Positions 18,258-28,697 are shown, counted from the first letter of the stretch. The stretch is DNA of 64,000 nt from Minisyncoccia bacterium (GCA_038912545.1 JBCLFD010000001.1:18956-82955), one strand, 5' to 3'. Notes: generated by a model from the letters alone, not told the origin. Numbers and translations: made by a program.

Positions 18258-18395
18258 TCAGGCGGTGAGCTGGGTACGGCTGGCGCGACGCCGGCGGCGT
18301 ACAATCTTACGCCCAGAACTCGTCTTCGCACGCACCCGAAATCCGTGGGTCTTCGCGCGTTTTCTCTTTTTTGGTTGATAGGTTCGTTTAGCCAT
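18258..18395 (-). CDS. rpmH: 50S ribosomal protein L34 (not in the ORF track, under 60 aa)
   Basis: Manual translation of the minus strand gives [45 protein letters not shown]. Confidence 0.8.
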   Translation of the reverse strand: MAKRTYQPKKRKRAKTHGFRVRAKTSSGRKIVRRRRRASRTQLTA

Positions 18396-18486
18396 GATGA
18401 AATATAGTTATACACACCATACTAACAGGTTCTCCCCAAAACGCTAGAGTGCTTGTCTTTTTGAGAAGCGTATAATCAAGAACACT

Positions 18487-19839
18487 ATGGATAAAAGAAA
18501 TACGAAGGAGCTCTGGGAATATATCCTCGCCCAGGTTGAGCTCTCTGTTTCTCCTGCCAACTTCAATACCTGGTTCCACAACAGTTTTATCGTTAAAATC
18601 GGCGATGATGGAGTCGTCCATCTTGGGGTGCCAAGTCAGTTCTTCAAAGATTGGTACACAAAAAAATTTCATTCGCTCTTGCTCAAAATCCTGCGCGACA
18701 TTTCTTATGAATTCCGAAACATAGAGTATGTAATCATTAAGGATGAGCGCCGAAAGGCGTCCAGGGAGGTTAAGAATACGTGGGGGGCGCTTGAGCTTCC
18801 GCTAGATGAGTTCTATATCAACCGAGCAGATAATTTAAATCCGCGATACACCTTTGACACGTTCGTCGTGGGCGACTTTAACAGTCTCGCGCACGCGGCG
18901 TCTCAGGCGGTGATTAATCGTCCGGGTATTACCTACAATCCTCTTTTTGTGTACGGCGACACCGGCAGAGGGAAGACCCATCTCATACAGGCGATCGGGA
19001 ATCAATTTAAAAAACAGTATCCGGGCCGAAAAGTATTTTATCTCACTTCGGAAAAATTTACCGTTGATTACACCGACTCGGTGCAGGCGGGGACCGCTAA
19101 CCGTTTTAAAGATAAGTATCGACAGTACGATCTTCTTATTATGGACGATGTTCAGTTCTTATCAAAAAAAGAAAAAACTGAGGAGGAACTATTTCATCTC
19201 TTCAATGCGCTTCATGATGCAAATAAACAGATAATTTTCTCTTCGGATCGCCCCCCAATCGCAATCCCCGATATCGCCGAACGGCTGAAGGGGCGCTTGG
19301 CGAGCGGAATGTCAGTAGATATTGGCGAACCGGATTCTGAAAGCCGTATGGCGATCGCACGGAAGAAGGCCGCCTCGCATGGAGTTATGCTTTCCGACGA
19401 AGTAATAGAGTACGTCGCGGTCTCTCTTTCGGGCTCAATACGTGAATTGGAGGGTTTGGTGAATAATCTTATTTGTAGTGCTCAAGTCAAGGGTGTTGCT
19501 CCGGATATTGCGGAGGTGCGTAAATCACTCCGTTCGTTCACTCGTCCGCAGAAAAACATCTCTGTAAAAAATATTGTGGATAAGGTTGCGGAGTTCTATG
19601 GTATTAATGAAGAGAGTATTTATGAAAAAACCCGTAGAAGGGAGGTGGTGCGCCCTCGCCAAGTTATTATGTATCTTCTAAGGGAAGATTTTAATATTTC
19701 ATATCCAACTATTGGTTCAAAAATCGGCGGTCGCGACCACACAACAGTTATCCACTCATGTGAGAAGATAAAGCGTGAGGTGCTTGTGGATAACGTCTTA
19801 GCAAAAGAGATTCAGAATATACGAAGTCTTCTTGTATGA
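18487..19839 (+). CDS. dnaA: chromosomal replication initiator DnaA
   Basis: AAA+ GDTGRGKTHL, and C-terminal DNA-binding domain (RDHTTVIHSCEKI). Confidence 0.95.
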   Translation: MDKRNTKELWEYILAQVELSVSPANFNTWFHNSFIVKIGDDGVVHLGVPSQFFKDWYTKKFHSLLLKILRDISYEFRNIEYVIIKDERRKASREVKNTWGALELPLDEFYINRADNLNPRYTFDTFVVGDFNSLAHAASQAVINRPGITYNPLFVYGDTGRGKTHLIQAIGNQFKKQYPGRKVFYLTSEKFTVDYTDSVQAGTANRFKDKYRQYDLLIMDDVQFLSKKEKTEEELFHLFNALHDANKQIIFSSDRPPIAIPDIAERLKGRLASGMSVDIGEPDSESRMAIARKKAASHGVMLSDEVIEYVAVSLSGSIRELEGLVNNLICSAQVKGVAPDIAEVRKSLRSFTRPQKNISVKNIVDKVAEFYGINEESIYEKTRRREVVRPRQVIMYLLREDFNISYPTIGSKIGGRDHTTVIHSCEKIKREVLVDNVLAKEIQNIRSLLV

Positions 19840-19951
19840 AAACTTCTCATTCTCTTATCCACACAATGTGTTTGGTATATACTAAAAAATATCCTTATAA
19901 CCATTCGTATATTAAGTTTTTCCACTTATACACAGGACTAATAGCATCTAT
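19840..19951 (+). promoter_or_regulatory. candidate oriC / DnaA-box region (TTATCCACA at about 19855-19863; TTATACACA at about 19926-19934; AT-rich stretch between them)
   Basis: A perfect consensus DnaA box and a one-mismatch box in the dnaA-dnaN spacer. Another TTATACACA lies upstream of dnaA (about 18404-18412). Confidence 0.5.
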
Positions 19952-21052
19952 ATGAATATTTCAATAGAAAAAAAGAAATTTATAGAGTCTGTGCATATCG
20001 TCGCGCGATTTGCACAACGCAAGGAGGGGACGCTCGCTGCACTTTCGTCCATTCTCATTATCGCCAGTGATGATGGAATTAAAATGCGCGCCACTAATCT
20101 TGAGACCGGTATTGATCTCACTTTAGAAGGGAAACATACAACAAATGGCGCAGTAGCGATCCCCGCAACCATTCTCGGACAAATTGCACACTCTATTTCT
20201 GGAGAAGGATTCATTACACTTGAACACATTGGCGACGTCGCCACTCTTAAAAGCGGAACTGGAAAAAGCTCTATTAAAACAGTCCCGTACGAGGATTTTC
20301 CATCTATTCCTTTCCCCGAGAATCCAAAAAACAGGATTGTTATTTCAGGAACTCTCCTTAAAAATCTTTTTAGTTCCATAGCACCTTGTGCATCCACATC
20401 AACCATTCGTCCAGAATTGGCGAGTGTGTATCTCTCTATTGAGGGCGGAATACTCACTATCGCCGCAACTGACTCTTTTCGTCTTGCTGAGAAAAGGGTC
20501 CCATTAAGCAACAATGGAATACAAGGAAAATTTCTCATCCCAGCAAAAAACGCACTTGATATATCACAGGCGCTCCCAGATGAAGATATTATTATGTCGT
20601 TTGACGAGCATCAATGCGCTTTTATTTCGCCAAGCAGTATGATCGTCTCTCGTCTTACAAGCTCTGTATATCCAGACTATCACCAAATTATTCCAAAAGA
20701 ATCAATCGTTGATGCTGTCATTCTACGCAAAGATTTTGAATCGGCATTGAAGTGCACATCCATCTTCTCCGATACGTATCAGAAGGTGCGCATAAATTTT
20801 GATCCAAAAAAGAATCAATTCAGTATTTATGCACACAATACCAATATTGGAGAATCACTAGAAACACTCTCAGCACAAACACACGGCAGTCCTCTAGACC
20901 TTTCGTTTAATCACCGCTACCTATCAACAATACTCTCACTCACTTCTGCAGAGAGTATTTCGTTCACCGCTGCTGGTATAGGCCGACCACTTATAATTAA
21001 AGGTGTCGGCGACGCCTCACTCCTCTATCTCGTCTCACCAATGAATCAGTAA
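19952..21052 (+). CDS. dnaN: DNA polymerase III beta sliding clamp
   Basis: Three-domain beta-clamp pattern, position after dnaA. Confidence 0.9.
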   Translation: MNISIEKKKFIESVHIVARFAQRKEGTLAALSSILIIASDDGIKMRATNLETGIDLTLEGKHTTNGAVAIPATILGQIAHSISGEGFITLEHIGDVATLKSGTGKSSIKTVPYEDFPSIPFPENPKNRIVISGTLLKNLFSSIAPCASTSTIRPELASVYLSIEGGILTIAATDSFRLAEKRVPLSNNGIQGKFLIPAKNALDISQALPDEDIIMSFDEHQCAFISPSSMIVSRLTSSVYPDYHQIIPKESIVDAVILRKDFESALKCTSIFSDTYQKVRINFDPKKNQFSIYAHNTNIGESLETLSAQTHGSPLDLSFNHRYLSTILSLTSAESISFTAAGIGRPLIIKGVGDASLLYLVSPMNQ

Positions 21053-22056
21053 CGGATAATGGTAGATGTTGAGACTGGTTGCTGTGGAGCTTCACTAAGC
21101 TCGTTGTAGGATATGTTTTTAGTATACAACTCTGTCGCAAGAGGTATGCCAAAATAACGCCAATGCCATGGTTCATATATATATTCATTAGCACTTCCGG
21201 ATTGAAATGTTGCTGGATATGAGAGATTGAAACCATAACGCCACGCATTCTGAGTGAGCCACACAGACTCTAGAGTTGAAGCGAAATTATCAGTGGAACA
21301 ACTATACTCAACCGACGATCCAGTAAGATCAATCGCCGTACCAATCTGATGTTCGGAGTGGTAAGGCTGTGCCACCTCATTAAATGCCAATGTTCCTTTT
21401 ATAGCTAACCACTGATTTAAAACATAATTCTGTATATTGGGACCACGGTATCCTGAACAGACTCTCAAAGAAATGCCATCTGTGCGAGCGGCACGAAAGA
21501 GGTTGACTAATGCATCTGCGGTAGACTGCTGAACACAAATGATTCCACTCGTCCTCACTAATGCAGAGATATCTACCAAGCCAGTTGGGATATAGGACTG
21601 TGGCAGACCGTTCTTGCGCGTAACATGTATAAGCGAGAGATCGGGCGACGAAGTATCCGCAACAGGACAGAGTTGTTGATAAAACAACCGGTTCAAAATT
21701 TCACGTGTCGCCGCATCAAATATTCCTGTTTGAGCGAGCTGATACTCATTTTGGAAACGGAGGAAAGCGCTTTGGGTAAACGAACCCCAATAACCACTCA
21801 CAATTCCTTGGGGATAGATACTGGGGTCAGTTGCGAATGAACGCTGCACAAGACTTACATCAGTTCCACTTGAACCGCCGACCAACGTTCTGACAAACCC
21901 TCCCAGGCTCTGCCATAGCCGAAGCGTTGGAATATCAATCTGGCCGATAGCCGCTCCAAGAAACCGCAATGGGGTTAATAATTCTTTTGGAAATAGTAAT
22001 CCGAGTCCGAGAATAAGAAAGACGACTCCTCCAAGTGCGAGCGACCACATCTTCAT
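21046..22056 (-). CDS. D-alanyl-D-alanine carboxypeptidase (peptidase M15B/VanY) with peptidoglycan-binding domain
   Basis: PG_binding_1-like LRFQNEYQLAQTGIFDAATREIL. VanY motifs SGYRG, HSEHQIGTAIDL, EPWHWRY. Confidence 0.75.
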   Translation of the reverse strand: MKMWSLALGGVVFLILGLGLLFPKELLTPLRFLGAAIGQIDIPTLRLWQSLGGFVRTLVGGSSGTDVSLVQRSFATDPSIYPQGIVSGYWGSFTQSAFLRFQNEYQLAQTGIFDAATREILNRLFYQQLCPVADTSSPDLSLIHVTRKNGLPQSYIPTGLVDISALVRTSGIICVQQSTADALVNLFRAARTDGISLRVCSGYRGPNIQNYVLNQWLAIKGTLAFNEVAQPYHSEHQIGTAIDLTGSSVEYSCSTDNFASTLESVWLTQNAWRYGFNLSYPATFQSGSANEYIYEPWHWRYFGIPLATELYTKNISYNELSEAPQQPVSTSTIIRY

Positions 22057-22078
22057 AAGAATATAATACCAGTTTTAG

Positions 22079-24268
22079 TTAGGTAGAGGTCGCAATGGGC
22101 TCAGTTGGTACAGGAACAGAAAGTGGAACAGGAAGCATCACTCCGCCGGAGAAAAGTTCCGGACGAGAGGAGTACAACGCACTGACGCCATATTCCCAAG
22201 CGGCGAACTGGGGATCTTGTTCGGGATTCGCCAGTGGCGGGCCTTGTGGATTATTTTTATCTGTCCAATATAAAAGACTATGTGGAATGATTTGGCCGGA
22301 CGCATCAATGATACGCCAATTCCCCTGAAGAATTGGTGGTACCGACGAGAATATAGGACTCGGCTGACTGAAATATGTCCGCGGATACTTAGAGAGAGCA
22401 TATGCCATCGACTCATTCCACATCGGTGCGGCAATAAGTCCCGCGGTCGATTTTGCTGGTGTATTCTCGTTATTGCCGACCCAAACACCAAGCGCGATGG
22501 ATGGGGCGTAGCCGATCGTCCACGCATCCCGAGAATTATCTGTCGTACCAGTTTTGACCGCCACATCGTATCCCGGAATAGTGAGAATACCATTAAGAGG
22601 ATATTCAGGAACACGCGCGGGATCGTCGGAGAGCATTGCTGATATATCACGCGCGATATTTTCAGGAAGTACACGCGATGGATTATTGGTGAATGATTGA
22701 AGGACGCTTCCTTGTGCATCGGCAACTTCTAGGATGCCGGTGGGGATGTTCTTCACACCATCATTCGCGAAAGCCGCATACGCGCCGACCATATCAAGTA
22801 GACGCACCTCGCCACCTCCAAGGACGACCGTGAGACCATATTGCGAAGCGCTCCCAAGAGTAGTGAGACCCATAGACTTCGCCAGATCAATCGCTTTTTG
22901 TATGCCGACGAGGTAGAGAACTTTGACGGCGGGTACGTTAACAGATTGTGCAAGCGCAGTCTCAAACGTCATTGGACCGCGATATTTATTATCATAATTC
23001 CTTGGTGCATAGCAGGGTGCCGTTCTATTGAAGGTGTCGGAGGGTTGGCAGCTGGTGGAGAATTGTGTGGGAACATCAAAGATGACGGTGTTGCGCGTAT
23101 ATCCACTCATTAATGCGAGAGAATAGATAAACGGCTTCATGGTGGAGCCCGGTTGGCGAAGTGCGAGCGCCGCATTATATTGACCATCAATTTTTTTATC
23201 AAAAAAATCGCGTGAGCCGACCATCGCCAAAATCTGTCCAGTCGCAGGATCAATAGCGACAAGGGATCCATTCTTTGCCCCACCACCCGCTTCGTTTTTA
23301 AGTGCATACTTATTTACAATAGATTCAGCTTTCACTTCCAGGTCTGCATCAAGCGTCGTCGTCACTTTCAATCCAGAGACGAGCGCGCTCGTGCCATACT
23401 TCATTTCAAGTTGACTTAAGATGTAGAACACGAAGTGTGGCGCTACAATGGTGTTCCGGCCGGTCGGCGCAAAGGAGACCTTCTTAGTCTTCGCTGTCGC
23501 GTAATCGTCGTCACTGATGAATCCGAGCATGCGCATACGTTCCAGTACGAGATTCTTGCGCGCGTCCAACTCATCGCGGTTAGGGCCATAGGGAGAGAGG
23601 CGACTCGGCGCCTGGATCATCGCCGCGAGGTACGACGACTCCGCGACCGGTAGGTCTTTCGCTGACATGCCGAAGTGTGACTCGGCCGCCGCCTCAATGC
23701 CGTAAAGAGTACCACCATATGGAGCACTATTTAGATAGGTCTCAAGAATTTGGTCTTTTGAATACACTTGTTCCAATTTGATAGCGAGTATGAGCTCGTG
23801 AATTTTCCGGATGATGCTTTTTTTGCTCGTAAGAAGAGTGTTTTTCACTATCTGCTGGGTGATGGTTGATCCACCTTGTGCCAAGGACCCGCCGAGGGCG
23901 TCGGCGAGCATTGCGCGGATGATGGAAGTGATACGGATGCCACCATGCCCGTAGAAACTGGAATCCTCTATAGCAATAGTTGCGTTAATCGCGCTTGGCG
24001 ACACAGCAGCAAGCGGCACCACTTCGCGCCTACTGTCACGATTGTAGTCGTAGAGCAATACCTGGCCGGTGCGGTCGTAGATCTTGGTGGACTGATTCAC
24101 TTGGCGATTGGCAAACGATCCAATACTCGGCACGGGCGTAATTGCAACAGTAATGAGAAGCGCCCCAGCGAGAAAGAATCCGACGCCAAGGAGAGTAAAA
24201 ACCACAATAAGAATAATATGGTGCGTTGGTCCGCGCCGGCGGGGGAACATTAGAGCGTATGCTACCAC
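22079..24268 (-). CDS. class A penicillin-binding protein (transglycosylase/transpeptidase, PBP1A)
   Basis: GT51 motifs (EDSSFYGHGGI), transpeptidase SxxK/SxN/KTG (STMKP, KTGTT), N-terminal TM. Confidence 0.85.
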   Translation of the reverse strand: MVAYALMFPRRRGPTHHIILIVVFTLLGVGFFLAGALLITVAITPVPSIGSFANRQVNQSTKIYDRTGQVLLYDYNRDSRREVVPLAAVSPSAINATIAIEDSSFYGHGGIRITSIIRAMLADALGGSLAQGGSTITQQIVKNTLLTSKKSIIRKIHELILAIKLEQVYSKDQILETYLNSAPYGGTLYGIEAAAESHFGMSAKDLPVAESSYLAAMIQAPSRLSPYGPNRDELDARKNLVLERMRMLGFISDDDYATAKTKKVSFAPTGRNTIVAPHFVFYILSQLEMKYGTSALVSGLKVTTTLDADLEVKAESIVNKYALKNEAGGGAKNGSLVAIDPATGQILAMVGSRDFFDKKIDGQYNAALALRQPGSTMKPFIYSLALMSGYTRNTVIFDVPTQFSTSCQPSDTFNRTAPCYAPRNYDNKYRGPMTFETALAQSVNVPAVKVLYLVGIQKAIDLAKSMGLTTLGSASQYGLTVVLGGGEVRLLDMVGAYAAFANDGVKNIPTGILEVADAQGSVLQSFTNNPSRVLPENIARDISAMLSDDPARVPEYPLNGILTIPGYDVAVKTGTTDNSRDAWTIGYAPSIALGVWVGNNENTPAKSTAGLIAAPMWNESMAYALSKYPRTYFSQPSPIFSSVPPILQGNWRIIDASGQIIPHSLLYWTDKNNPQGPPLANPEQDPQFAAWEYGVSALYSSRPELFSGGVMLPVPLSVPVPTEPIATST

Positions 24269-24277
24269 GCATCCTGC

Positions 24278-24754
24278 TTATGAGTGGGGAAGGCTGATGG
24301 AGAGGCCGGCGATGCCCACCGCGATAGCATCTAACTCATCATCCATCCGCTTCTTTTTTGATAGAGCGACAAGATGCGGAATCATTCGGGCGATAGCTTT
24401 TTTATCCGCTCCACCGTGGCCGGTGACGGCAAGCTTCACTTGTTGGGGCGAGCATTCAATGATGGGGATTTTTTTGCTACCCACTGCAGCGAGAATGGCA
24501 CCGCGAGCTTCAGCAACACCAAGAGCGGTACGTACATTCGTACTAAAAAAGAGTGTCTCTATGGCGAGAGCATCAGGAGAATATTTCTTAATAGCTTTTA
24601 CCACCGCTTCATACACGCACGCGAGGCGTGCCTCGCGTGCGCCCGAGGGAGGTTGAATACAGTCGCTCATAACAACCGTCGGCCGCGACGGATCTCCTTC
24701 AACCACCGCCACTCCAAGCCGGTCGTATCCCGGGTCAATCGCCAGTATTCTCAT
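24278..24754 (-). CDS. ruvC: Holliday junction resolvase RuvC
   Basis: MRILAIDPGYDRLGVAVV. Start trimmed from the longer ORF. Confidence 0.85.
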   Translation of the reverse strand: MRILAIDPGYDRLGVAVVEGDPSRPTVVMSDCIQPPSGAREARLACVYEAVVKAIKKYSPDALAIETLFFSTNVRTALGVAEARGAILAAVGSKKIPIIECSPQQVKLAVTGHGGADKKAIARMIPHLVALSKKKRMDDELDAIAVGIAGLSISLPHS

Positions 24755-25292
24755 ATCCACGCGCATTGGTGTAGACGCACTGCACCTCGTCGTGTTCATC
24801 AAGTGCATTCAGAATCATTCCCAATTTTTCGCCGTCCTCGTCAGAGAGATCCATAAGTGGCTCGTTCGGCTCATAGGCGCCTTCGTAATCCTTCGTGAAT
24901 GCCCAGCTCGCGGCACCTGGATTCGCGAGCTCCACGCCGTTTAAAACAAGGAGGTGTTTTATTTCTTGGGTCGTACGGTTTTTGTTATCAGTGAAAGCAT
25001 CCACAATAAACGCGGTGCCACCTGGGCCGTATGCTTCATAGATAACTTGTTCTAGAGTGCCCGCGTCCTTTGACGTGCCTTTCGCGACCGCGCGTTCAAT
25101 GTTGTTTTTAGGCATATTCGCGGCCTTCGCGCGCGCGATAACTGCTGAGAGGCCGGGTGAGGTCAATATTCCATTCGCTTTTTTAGACTCAACAGTGATG
25201 GTGCGCGCGAAGCGCGCGAAGATACGGCTCTTCGCCGCATCAGTGACGCCCTTCTGGCGCTTAATCTGTGACCATTTGTTGTGTCCGGACAT
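24735..25292 (-). CDS. YebC/PmpR-family transcriptional regulator (short form)
   Basis: MSGHNKWSQIKRQKG...YEAYGPGGTAFIV. The long upstream extension was rejected. Confidence 0.8.
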   Translation of the reverse strand: MSGHNKWSQIKRQKGVTDAAKSRIFARFARTITVESKKANGILTSPGLSAVIARAKAANMPKNNIERAVAKGTSKDAGTLEQVIYEAYGPGGTAFIVDAFTDNKNRTTQEIKHLLVLNGVELANPGAASWAFTKDYEGAYEPNEPLMDLSDEDGEKLGMILNALDEHDEVQCVYTNARGYENTGD

Positions 25293-25347
25293 AAGATAGT
25301 AAGAAGTAAGCAGTAAGCAGTTTGCAGTAGGCAAAGAGTAAATGCAA

Positions 25348-26367
25348 TCAGAATAATTCTGTTGACTCACCCTGAAGATATTCGCGGCCTTTTGAAGTGA
25401 GGATGCGTCCGCGCGAGGAACGTTCAATGAATCCAAGGCGAAGCAGGTACGGCTCGTAGACGTATTCAATTGTGTCGGGGTCTTCGTGGAGCGCGGCCGC
25501 GAGCGCGCGGATGCCCGCCGGCCCGCCACGGAAGCTCTTTTGGAGCGTCTCCAGATAGCGCCGATCGTCTTTCGTGAACCCAAGCGCGTCAATGCCAAAG
25601 AGTTCGCACGCTTCGTCGCAGAGTTCTGCCGAGAGCGGGCGATTATGAACCTCGGAAAAGTCGCGGACGCGCTTCAGGAGTGAGTTGGCAACGCGCGGAG
25701 TAGCACGGCTCCGCGCAGCGACTCGCTCAATGACCTCTTCGGGCGCCTTAAGCTTCAGGAGTTTCGCAGATCGCCGTAGGATGTCGCGAATGTCGGCGTC
25801 TTCATAAAAATCCAGTTGGAAGATACCACCGCCGAAGCGCGAACGGAGAGGGCCGGATAGATCTGCGACGCGCGTCGTCGCGCCAACGAGCGTGAAGGGT
25901 GGGAGTGCGAGTTCCACTGTTCGCGCCGACGGGCCCTTCCCGAGGATGAGGTCCAAATGAGAACTCTCCAGCGCGGGATACAGAAGTTCTTCAATCTTAT
26001 GCGACAGCCGATGGATTTCATCTATAAAAAGTACGGTTCCCGGTTCTAGATTGGTGAGAATAGCGGCGAGGTCGCCCGCGCGTTCAATAGCGACACCTGA
26101 GGTGCTCTTCAGTGGGGTGCCGAGCGTTACGGCGACCAAGTACGCAAGCGTCGTCTTACCAACCCCTGGTGGTCCATAAAAAAGAATGTGTTCGGGCATC
26201 CCTCCGCGCTTCTTAGCGGCATCAATAGCGATGCGGACATTCGCCTTTACCTGCTTCTGTCCGACATATTCGTCCCAGTGCGATGGGCGTAGGGCGGCGT
26301 CCAAGTTTTGTGGCGAAACATAAGAGACGGAGGGGCCTTGGCCCGAGCTTTGTCGAGGGGTTGACAT
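25348..26367 (-). CDS. ruvB: Holliday junction branch-migration ATPase RuvB
   Basis: GPPGVGKTTLA Walker A, RuvB sensor regions. Confidence 0.9.
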   Translation of the reverse strand: MSTPRQSSGQGPSVSYVSPQNLDAALRPSHWDEYVGQKQVKANVRIAIDAAKKRGGMPEHILFYGPPGVGKTTLAYLVAVTLGTPLKSTSGVAIERAGDLAAILTNLEPGTVLFIDEIHRLSHKIEELLYPALESSHLDLILGKGPSARTVELALPPFTLVGATTRVADLSGPLRSRFGGGIFQLDFYEDADIRDILRRSAKLLKLKAPEEVIERVAARSRATPRVANSLLKRVRDFSEVHNRPLSAELCDEACELFGIDALGFTKDDRRYLETLQKSFRGGPAGIRALAAALHEDPDTIEYVYEPYLLRLGFIERSSRGRILTSKGREYLQGESTELF

Positions 26368-26570
26368 AAAATGTGACTATGCTAGCATTCTATCATAGAT
26401 TTTTGATCCTGTTCATACTCCTCTAGGCAAGGCTTGACGGCTTCGGGCGTTTCCCCAAGGACTTTCTGGTCCGCTCCTTGAGAGCGGCAGCTGGAATCAT
26501 CCTCAGGTGATTCGTTCACCCCACTTCATTGTGGGTTATTGCCTTGAGGACTATGGACGGGATTTTGTAT

Positions 26571-28223
26571 TTAATGGGGGAGGTCAACCGTAGAGGCGAC
26601 TTCGGAGAGGGAGGTGATGCCGGCGAGGGCTTTGACGATGCCGTCCTGCGCCATCGTGAGATACCCCTGTTTCGCTGCCATTTTTGCGATGTCATTTGAA
26701 GAGGGATTGTCGCGGAGGAATTGTGCGAGCTCATCGTCCATAAATATCGCTTCGTAGAGGCCGACACGGCCTTTGTAACCCGTTTCGTCTGCACTCGCGG
26801 GGGCTGGTTCCCACACCGTTTCTATTTTTTCTGGTATCAAACTCTTATCGGCAAGTGGTTCAAAAACTTTTGCAATCATTTTTTTCTCTTCGTCGGTAAG
26901 CGGGCGTTCTTTTTTCTGTTCCGGATGCAGGCGGCGCACAAGTCGCTGTGCCATAGAGACCGTGATGGAGGAGCCGAAGGATTTCGGGTCCGCGCCGAGG
27001 TCTGCGAGGCGCGGATAGGTGCCTGAGGCATCATTAGTGTGGAGCGTAGAGAAGACGAAGTGCCCCGTAAGCGCGGCTTGAATAGCGATGTTCGCGGTCT
27101 CGCCGTCGCGGATTTCTCCGACCATAATCACATCCGGGTCCTGGCGCACTATTGAGCGGAGCCCTTCGGCGAAGGTATATTTCTTAGCATCCACCTGCGT
27201 CTGCACAATGCCGTCCAAGTGATATTCAATCGGATCTTCTATTGTAATCACTTTTATTTCGGGCGATTGAATCTCGCGAAGGAAAGAATAGAGAGTGGTT
27301 GTCTTACCGCTTCCCGTAGGCCCCGTGGTGAGCAACATCCCGTTCGGTCGTCTAATCTCGGTCTCTAACCGCGCAAGGAGTTTCGCATTAATACCAAGCT
27401 CAGCATACGACACCTTAGTACTCTTAGGGTCCAAGATACGCAGGACGACCGACTCTCCGTAATTGCCTGGGATGAATGAGGAGCGCATTTCGATCTCAGT
27501 GTCGCCACGCGCGACAGAGAAGCGTCCGTCCTGCGCACGATTTGAAATGTTGAGCTTCACCCCGGATAGCAGTTTGATGCGCGAATTCAGTTGATGATAC
27601 ATAGCGGGCTCAAAAAAATAAATATCAGTGAGGAGACCGTCAATGCGCATCCGAAGACGCGTTTTATCTTCTTCGGGCTCAAAGTGGATGTCGGATGCGC
27701 GAAGCTCAAAAGCGCCGGCGAGCACGGTTTCTAGGATGTGAGTGACGCGGTCAAGCGACTTCAGTGCGGCGCCGGCCTCCAATTCTGCAACGAAGGCATT
27801 GCGAGACGCGAACGTTGTGTGTGGCAGGACGAAGACCCCCGGCTTTGATTCAACCGCGTGCGAGAGGTCGGCGTAGCGAGCGAAAGCGCGGTCCAGCGAC
27901 TTTTGCGAGACAAGAAATTCTTTAAGTACGAAACCGCGCACCACAAGGTCTTCACGGAGTTTCGCGAGCGCTTCGTTGTTCGGATTATGAATAGCAAGTG
28001 ACAACATCTTTGCGGTACGGGCGAATGCCACCACCTCTGCAGCGCGCGCGCCTGCTTCAGGGATAACGCGGATTGCTTCGGCGTCAATATCCGCCATAGA
28101 GAGATCGGCATACTCCATACCGTACTTCTCGGAGAGGATGTGCGCGACGTCTTCTTCTTCGCGTCCGCGCACTTCGTTCAACTTGCGATTTTCCGCGTCG
28201 GTATCAAAAAGTGGGTCTGCCAT
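26571..28223 (-). CDS. type II/IV secretion-system ATPase (PilB/GspE family)
   Basis: T2SSE_N-like N-terminus, Walker A TGPTGSGKTT, Asp/His boxes. Start chosen at MADPLFD. Confidence 0.8.
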   Translation of the reverse strand: MADPLFDTDAENRKLNEVRGREEEDVAHILSEKYGMEYADLSMADIDAEAIRVIPEAGARAAEVVAFARTAKMLSLAIHNPNNEALAKLREDLVVRGFVLKEFLVSQKSLDRAFARYADLSHAVESKPGVFVLPHTTFASRNAFVAELEAGAALKSLDRVTHILETVLAGAFELRASDIHFEPEEDKTRLRMRIDGLLTDIYFFEPAMYHQLNSRIKLLSGVKLNISNRAQDGRFSVARGDTEIEMRSSFIPGNYGESVVLRILDPKSTKVSYAELGINAKLLARLETEIRRPNGMLLTTGPTGSGKTTTLYSFLREIQSPEIKVITIEDPIEYHLDGIVQTQVDAKKYTFAEGLRSIVRQDPDVIMVGEIRDGETANIAIQAALTGHFVFSTLHTNDASGTYPRLADLGADPKSFGSSITVSMAQRLVRRLHPEQKKERPLTDEEKKMIAKVFEPLADKSLIPEKIETVWEPAPASADETGYKGRVGLYEAIFMDDELAQFLRDNPSSNDIAKMAAKQGYLTMAQDGIVKALAGITSLSEVASTVDLPH

Positions 28224-28247
28224 ATGCGCAAATGGTACCATGCACAC

Positions 28248-28697
28248 ATGCAGACGCTCACTACTCTTGCGGACCTTGTTGGCGAAGCAAAGCATTTTGT
28301 AGCGTCTCTCGTTCCGGCGCCCTCCGGCGCGACCCTCGTGACTCTCTCGGGCGAGCTCGGGGCCGGTAAGACGGCTTTCGTCCAAGAGGTCGCCCGCGCG
28401 CTCGGCGTTGAAGAAGTCGTAACAAGCCCTACTTTTGTATTAGAAAAAATCTACGCTCTTCCAAATTATGAACACCGTAAGTCCCTATTTGAACGATTGG
28501 TGCACATAGACGCGTATCGCCTTGAGTCCGGCAAAGAGCTTATCCCGCTCGGCTTTGACGAACTTATGGAAGATACCGACAACTTAATCCTGCTTGAATG
28601 GCCAGAAAAAGTTGCCGATATGCTTCCCGAGCCATCGGTACGTATTTCACTCAAAGCGTTCGTGGGCGGTTCACATTCTATTTCTTATGCGCGGTAA
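28248..28697 (+). CDS. tsaE: tRNA threonylcarbamoyladenosine biosynthesis protein TsaE
   Basis: LSGELGAGKTAFV, SPTFVL, HIDAYRL. Start trimmed to MQTLTT. Confidence 0.75.
   Translation: MQTLTTLADLVGEAKHFVASLVPAPSGATLVTLSGELGAGKTAFVQEVARALGVEEVVTSPTFVLEKIYALPNYEHRKSLFERLVHIDAYRLESGKELIPLGFDELMEDTDNLILLEWPEKVADMLPEPSVRISLKAFVGGSHSISYAR

Noticed and set aside
26368-26570. Possible SRP (4.5S) RNA because of GGTCCG…GCAGC
   Set aside because: The conserved helix-8 motif (GGUCCGGAAGGAAGCAGCC) is not present on either strand. It is kept only as a low-interest structured intergenic region.
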